This document shows, one piece after another, positions 60,400 through 64,000 of a DNA stretch of 64,000 bases; position 1 is the stretch's first letter, and every line of letters begins with the position of its first letter. A program made the position numbers and the translations under genes. The stretch is taken from contig OZ244065.1 of the NCBI GenBank assembly GCA_965215505.1, forward strand, positions 2,048,001-2,112,000. The letters are read 5' to 3'. The DNA comes from Capsulimonadaceae bacterium (GTDB taxonomy: Bacteria; Armatimonadota; Armatimonadia; Armatimonadales; Capsulimonadaceae). The notes beneath the pieces are model-generated. The model did not search any database. It had not been told where the DNA came from and saw nothing but the letters and a program-made list of their open reading frames with translations.

Positions 60400-62382
60400 T
60401 TACTGCGCCCGGTTCAAGACGGTGTCCACGCTGTGGACTTTGAAGCGGTCGCGCTCTTTCCAGGCGACGACGGACCGGACGGACAGCCCGCGCACGGCGG
60501 TGACGGTGACCTGAGAGACGGTCGGCCCGCCCGTGGAGGTCGTCGGCAGGCCGCCGGTGAGCGTTGGGTCGGTCAGGTTGACGGTGACGTAGTTCGTGGC
60601 TCCCAAGGTCGTCACGACGGGCGAGATGGCGATGGTGCCGGCGAAGGTCTTGAGCTGCGACGCACTCCCAGTGGTGAGAAGGTAGGTGCCGTCGATCTCG
60701 ACGGACTTCTCGGCGTCGGAGCGCGGGAAGTAAAGGTTCTGCGTCCCGCTGTTCGACTGATCCACAGCGTACTGTCCGGGCTGTAGCATCGGGTCGTTTG
60801 CCCCCGTCACGATGGTCGGACTCTGGGTGTAGTAGCCCGGTGCCTTCTGCACGGCCACGGTCCAGTCTTCGTCGCCCACATAGAAGAGGCGGATGCGATG
60901 AGTCTTCGGCGTTTTGTCGTTTGGGTTATCACCGAATGCGTTGGAACCAATTGTCACGCGACCCGTCGAGAAGCTAACACTTATGTACGTCTTCGGGTCT
61001 GGGCTTGGCCCTTGTACATCTTCATCCCAGATGTTGCCTTGCGTGGCTGTCGGGTCCACGACGGGAGTAGCGGGGCCGGCCACCTTCCCAGTGTCCAAGT
61101 CCAGGGCAATCATGCTCAGAAAGCTGTTCGGGATCAAACCCGTGTAAATGGAGTTGTCCGGATTGTTATCACCCGCCCGCTTCAAGTTTTTGAGCGTCAG
61201 GCGCGTCGCCGTCGTGTCCGTACCGCTTAGAGCGGGAATGTCCCGGTCCTCATGCAGCACCTTCCAGCTATAAGTCAGGTATGAAATCCGGGCTTTGAGC
61301 GCGTTGCTGCCGGAACCACCCGCCCCGAGAGGGTTGAACACGATTCCACCGACGTTCGCCAATGAGTTTCCTGACCCATCCATGATGTTGGGCGAGGTCA
61401 AGGTGAACTCGTAAGGGTCCGCGTCGAAGCCGTAGGGGTTGGCGGCAGTGACGGCCCCTGTGGGGGCCTTGAAGGCCCGGTACAGCGTCACGGCCTTCCA
61501 CGGGAGCGGCGGTGTGCCGGGGGAGGCACTCGTGTTGTATTTGTATGTAGTGCCCGAAGCGGCCGTGTTCGTACCGGCGGGGTCAAACCAGCCGCCGTTG
61601 TAGTAGGTTTGCGAGTCCGCGAAGTAGGGCGGGTGCGCGCCGTAGCTATAATCGTGCGGGTCGGTGGTCGCAGGGGACCCGCCATTGCCGGAGGCCGGCA
61701 CGGTAAAGTTCAGCGTGTACACCCGATCCGTCTTCGTTGTGGGGTCGGTGGCGACGACCAGCAGCACGAAGGGCTGGCTGTAGGTCTGTGCGTAAGGCAC
61801 GGCGACTTTGCCGTCGGTGTAGTCCACCAGGAGCCGCTGCTGCCCTGGGAAGATCGTCGCCTGCGGGTAGTCCGGGGTCGCCGACAGGGCATCATTGAAG
61901 TTGCCGGGCGAAGCCTGCCAGTAGGTGCTGTTGATCGAAAGGTAGCTCGCCAGGTTGGTGGCGGTCATGGCGACCGGCATCACGATGGGACCGTAGTTGA
62001 CGACATAGATGGACTGGCGGGTCGCACCCGTCGCCGCCGGGACGGTGATTGTCTCGTTGTTGATGACGCGGGCGTTGTCCAGCAGCGTCGGGTCATCGGG
62101 GTCATAGTTTGCATCGGCGGCGGAGGCCAATGTCAGGTCCTTCGTGGACGAGTTGATCGGCAGGATGGACTCGGGCAGGTTCGCCGTGTTCTGCGTCTGG
62201 GTCTGCACGGCGGCCTGACCGAGACTATCGGCCAGGGCGGAGTTGCCGACGCTGGTGATGGAGAAAAAGCCGCTGGGGTACAGGCGCACGATGATGAGGA
62301 TGCCCAGCACCAGGAGTACCAGGACGACCAGGACCTCGATCAGCGAGACGCCGCGCCGCGTTCGTTTTCGCATTTTTCCCAT
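60400..62382 (-). CDS. Giant PilV/GspI-like minor pilin (660 aa)
   Basis: RRG|VSLIEVLVVLVLLVLGIL prepilin motif; directly upstream of the PilW-like gene; C-terminal VRSVVAW strand. Confidence 0.78.
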   Translation of the reverse strand: MGKMRKRTRRGVSLIEVLVVLVLLVLGILIIVRLYPSGFFSITSVGNSALADSLGQAAVQTQTQNTANLPESILPINSSTKDLTLASAADANYDPDDPTLLDNARVINNETITVPAATGATRQSIYVVNYGPIVMPVAMTATNLASYLSINSTYWQASPGNFNDALSATPDYPQATIFPGQQRLLVDYTDGKVAVPYAQTYSQPFVLLVVATDPTTKTDRVYTLNFTVPASGNGGSPATTDPHDYSYGAHPPYFADSQTYYNGGWFDPAGTNTAASGTTYKYNTSASPGTPPLPWKAVTLYRAFKAPTGAVTAANPYGFDADPYEFTLTSPNIMDGSGNSLANVGGIVFNPLGAGGSGSNALKARISYLTYSWKVLHEDRDIPALSGTDTTATRLTLKNLKRAGDNNPDNSIYTGLIPNSFLSMIALDLDTGKVAGPATPVVDPTATQGNIWDEDVQGPSPDPKTYISVSFSTGRVTIGSNAFGDNPNDKTPKTHRIRLFYVGDEDWTVAVQKAPGYYTQSPTIVTGANDPMLQPGQYAVDQSNSGTQNLYFPRSDAEKSVEIDGTYLLTTGSASQLKTFAGTIAISPVVTTLGATNYVTVNLTDPTLTGGLPTTSTGGPTVSQVTVTAVRGLSVRSVVAWKERDRFKVHSVDTVLNRAQ

Positions 62383-62440
62383 ACCGCTCTTGCTGTCTTT
62401 CGTGTACCGAATGACTGAAACCTCGGAGCCTGAACGGCGA

Positions 62441-63394
62441 CTACTGCTGCAACGGGAAGCGCCAGAAGGTGTTCACACCCTCTTGGACTTGGAAGTCTTC
62501 GGCCTTCAATTTCCGAACCGCCCCACTCTGGAACATGACCAGCACCTTGTCTGCATTGTGGACATGGTACGAAGTCAGCATGATGACTGTGTCAGCGGGT
62601 GGATTCTGCCACCGCAGTTGCCGCCTGTAGTCGGCTTTCATCTGATCGGTACTGAGTACAAGACTCGGATCGCAGTACTTCGGAGGGTAATTGGCAGAGG
62701 GATTTGCCGGCGGTGGTGGGCAGACTGTTCCCTCATGGGCAAGTTGGTATCGGGGCAGAAACGTAGCCCCTACCTGATTGCCTGCCGTGACGACGGGGCC
62801 ACTGTCGTAGGCATCCAGCTTGAAAAAAGTGCGGTTCGTCGCCACGACTTGTCCCGCATCGGCAGTACTACAGGCGCTGGTAACATTGCCATTAAGTGCC
62901 TGATCGTTACTGGAGTTGCAGGGCGCAATCATGTTTACCGTCAGGGCAGAAGTAACCTGCGGCGTCGCATTCACGTCTAGATCGTTGTTGGGATCGGTGA
63001 ACTCGTTCGGGTCCTTGATGTAGGCGGGATACAGGCCGGGGAAGGCAATCTGGGTCTGCGTAGTGCCATTCTTGGCGTCATAAGCCTGCGCCTTTGCCAA
63101 AGCGTTCCCCAAGTTCGTGCTTGAGTCCGTGTAGCCGCCGGGGATGGCATAGCCGAACAGCACGTCCGGGTATCGGTGGTTGTCCAGCTTGTACTGCTCC
63201 ATCTTCTGCTGGATGTCCTTCATGTTGGAGATGGCGACGCTCTGGCGCGAGCCTTCCCGGACGGAGGCGAAAACGGGCAGCAGGATCGCCGTGAGAATCG
63301 CTATGATGGCGATGACGACGAGCAGTTCGATCAGCGTGAAGCCGATGGTAAAGCCGGGGGTGAAACCACGGGGACGGCGGCGCGAGGGTGCCAT
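62441..63394 (-). CDS. Type IV pilin/pseudopilin with N-terminal methylation motif (317 aa)
   Basis: G|FTLIELLVVIAIIAILTAILLPVF, then SNMKDIQQKMEQYKLDNHRYP; four Cys in the variable part; AGGAG RBS. Confidence 0.9.
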   Translation of the reverse strand: MAPSRRRPRGFTPGFTIGFTLIELLVVIAIIAILTAILLPVFASVREGSRQSVAISNMKDIQQKMEQYKLDNHRYPDVLFGYAIPGGYTDSSTNLGNALAKAQAYDAKNGTTQTQIAFPGLYPAYIKDPNEFTDPNNDLDVNATPQVTSALTVNMIAPCNSSNDQALNGNVTSACSTADAGQVVATNRTFFKLDAYDSGPVVTAGNQVGATFLPRYQLAHEGTVCPPPPANPSANYPPKYCDPSLVLSTDQMKADYRRQLRWQNPPADTVIMLTSYHVHNADKVLVMFQSGAVRKLKAEDFQVQEGVNTFWRFPLQQ

Positions 63395-63470
63395 GATGAT
63401 GCTCCTGGATCGAGTGAAAGGGCAGGCGATGTGTGCCTCCCGCAGCCACGGACAAGTGTAACTGCTGGTT

Positions 63471-63496
63471 GACGACGTGAAAACCAGGAATGTTCC
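63471..63496 (-). promoter_or_regulatory. Putative ECF-sigma promoter of the pilin operon
   Basis: Minus strand GGAAC-N17-CGTC, ~77 nt upstream of the pilin ATG. Confidence 0.45.
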
Positions 63497-63540
63497 CGGC
63501 TCACGGAAAAAGTTTCAGGTATTTTTGGCTGTGAAACGGC

Positions 63541-64000
63541 TTAGAAGCCGAAGAGGCCCGCCGGGGCGGCACCGGTCGTGTCCAGGCCGCCAAGGAACCG
63601 TCCGACATACCAGGCGGCGACGGCGTGGCCGTAGAACAGAGCGAGCAGCGCCCCGATCGCCATGGAGGGGCCAAAGGGCATGGCGACGCGTTCGCCCAGC
63701 CGCCGCCGCTGGCGGACCAGGATCACCATCCCGGCCAGCCCGCCCGCGCCGATGGCGAAGAGGAGGGAGCCGAAGGCCAGGCTCAGGCCGATGTTGGCCC
63801 CGATAAGGGCGGCAAGCTTGCCGTCGCCGCTGCCCATGCCGCCCGCGTCCTCGTCCTCCTCGATCTCCTCGCCGGTGAAGCCCTCCAGGGCCGGCTTCGC
63901 GCCCCAGCGCGCCTCGACCCAGCGGCGCACGGGGGGGATGAGTGTCCCCAGATAGTACAGGCTGTTGTAGGCCCAGTCCTCGGCATTGTCGCGCAGGTAG
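63541..64000 (-). CDS. pilD: Prepilin peptidase (A24 family), 3' part
   Basis: GMGSGDGKLAALIG (second catalytic Asp motif) and MPFGPSMAIGA; the frame stays open to the window edge. Confidence 0.9.
   Translation of the reverse strand, partial: YLRDNAEDWAYNSLYYLGTLIPPVRRWVEARWGAKPALEGFTGEEIEEDEDAGGMGSGDGKLAALIGANIGLSLAFGSLLFAIGAGGLAGMVILVRQRRRLGERVAMPFGPSMAIGALLALFYGHAVAAWYVGRFLGGLDTTGAAPAGLFGF

Noticed and set aside
43238-60443. Long plus-strand ORFs (948, 653 and 595 aa) opposite the pilus genes
   Set aside because: Arg/Val/Gly-rich antisense frames expected from GC3 bias; the minus-strand proteins carry the recognisable motifs.

Overview
High-GC bacterial chromosomal window. The gene content and pilin style suggest Armatimonadota; this is inferred, not confirmed by a search. 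The left ~41 kb is a housekeeping/accessory mosaic: the 5' part of rpoB (own promoter, divergent from gpsA), dnaG-rpoD, an ECF sigma/anti-sigma/RseB-like operon, rfbA/rfbC, apt, tpiA, purA, hldD, a GH28 enzyme, a crtI-like gene, rsmG, egtB-egtD, a UbiD decarboxylase, a thiol-redox cluster and ppx. The right ~23 kb is one minus-strand locus and the best candidate for an undescribed system. It carries a prepilin peptidase, one pilin and three oversized minor-pilin-like proteins in PilV/PilW/PilX order (660, 733 and 1105 aa). These are followed by two huge secreted beta-propeller proteins (1500 aa and ~2940 aa) where PilY1 normally lies. The locus has a candidate ECF-type promoter, REP/REPIN-like palindromes between genes and low-GC patches inside genes. 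No rRNA, tRNA, CRISPR array or transposase was seen. All family assignments are by eye from motifs.
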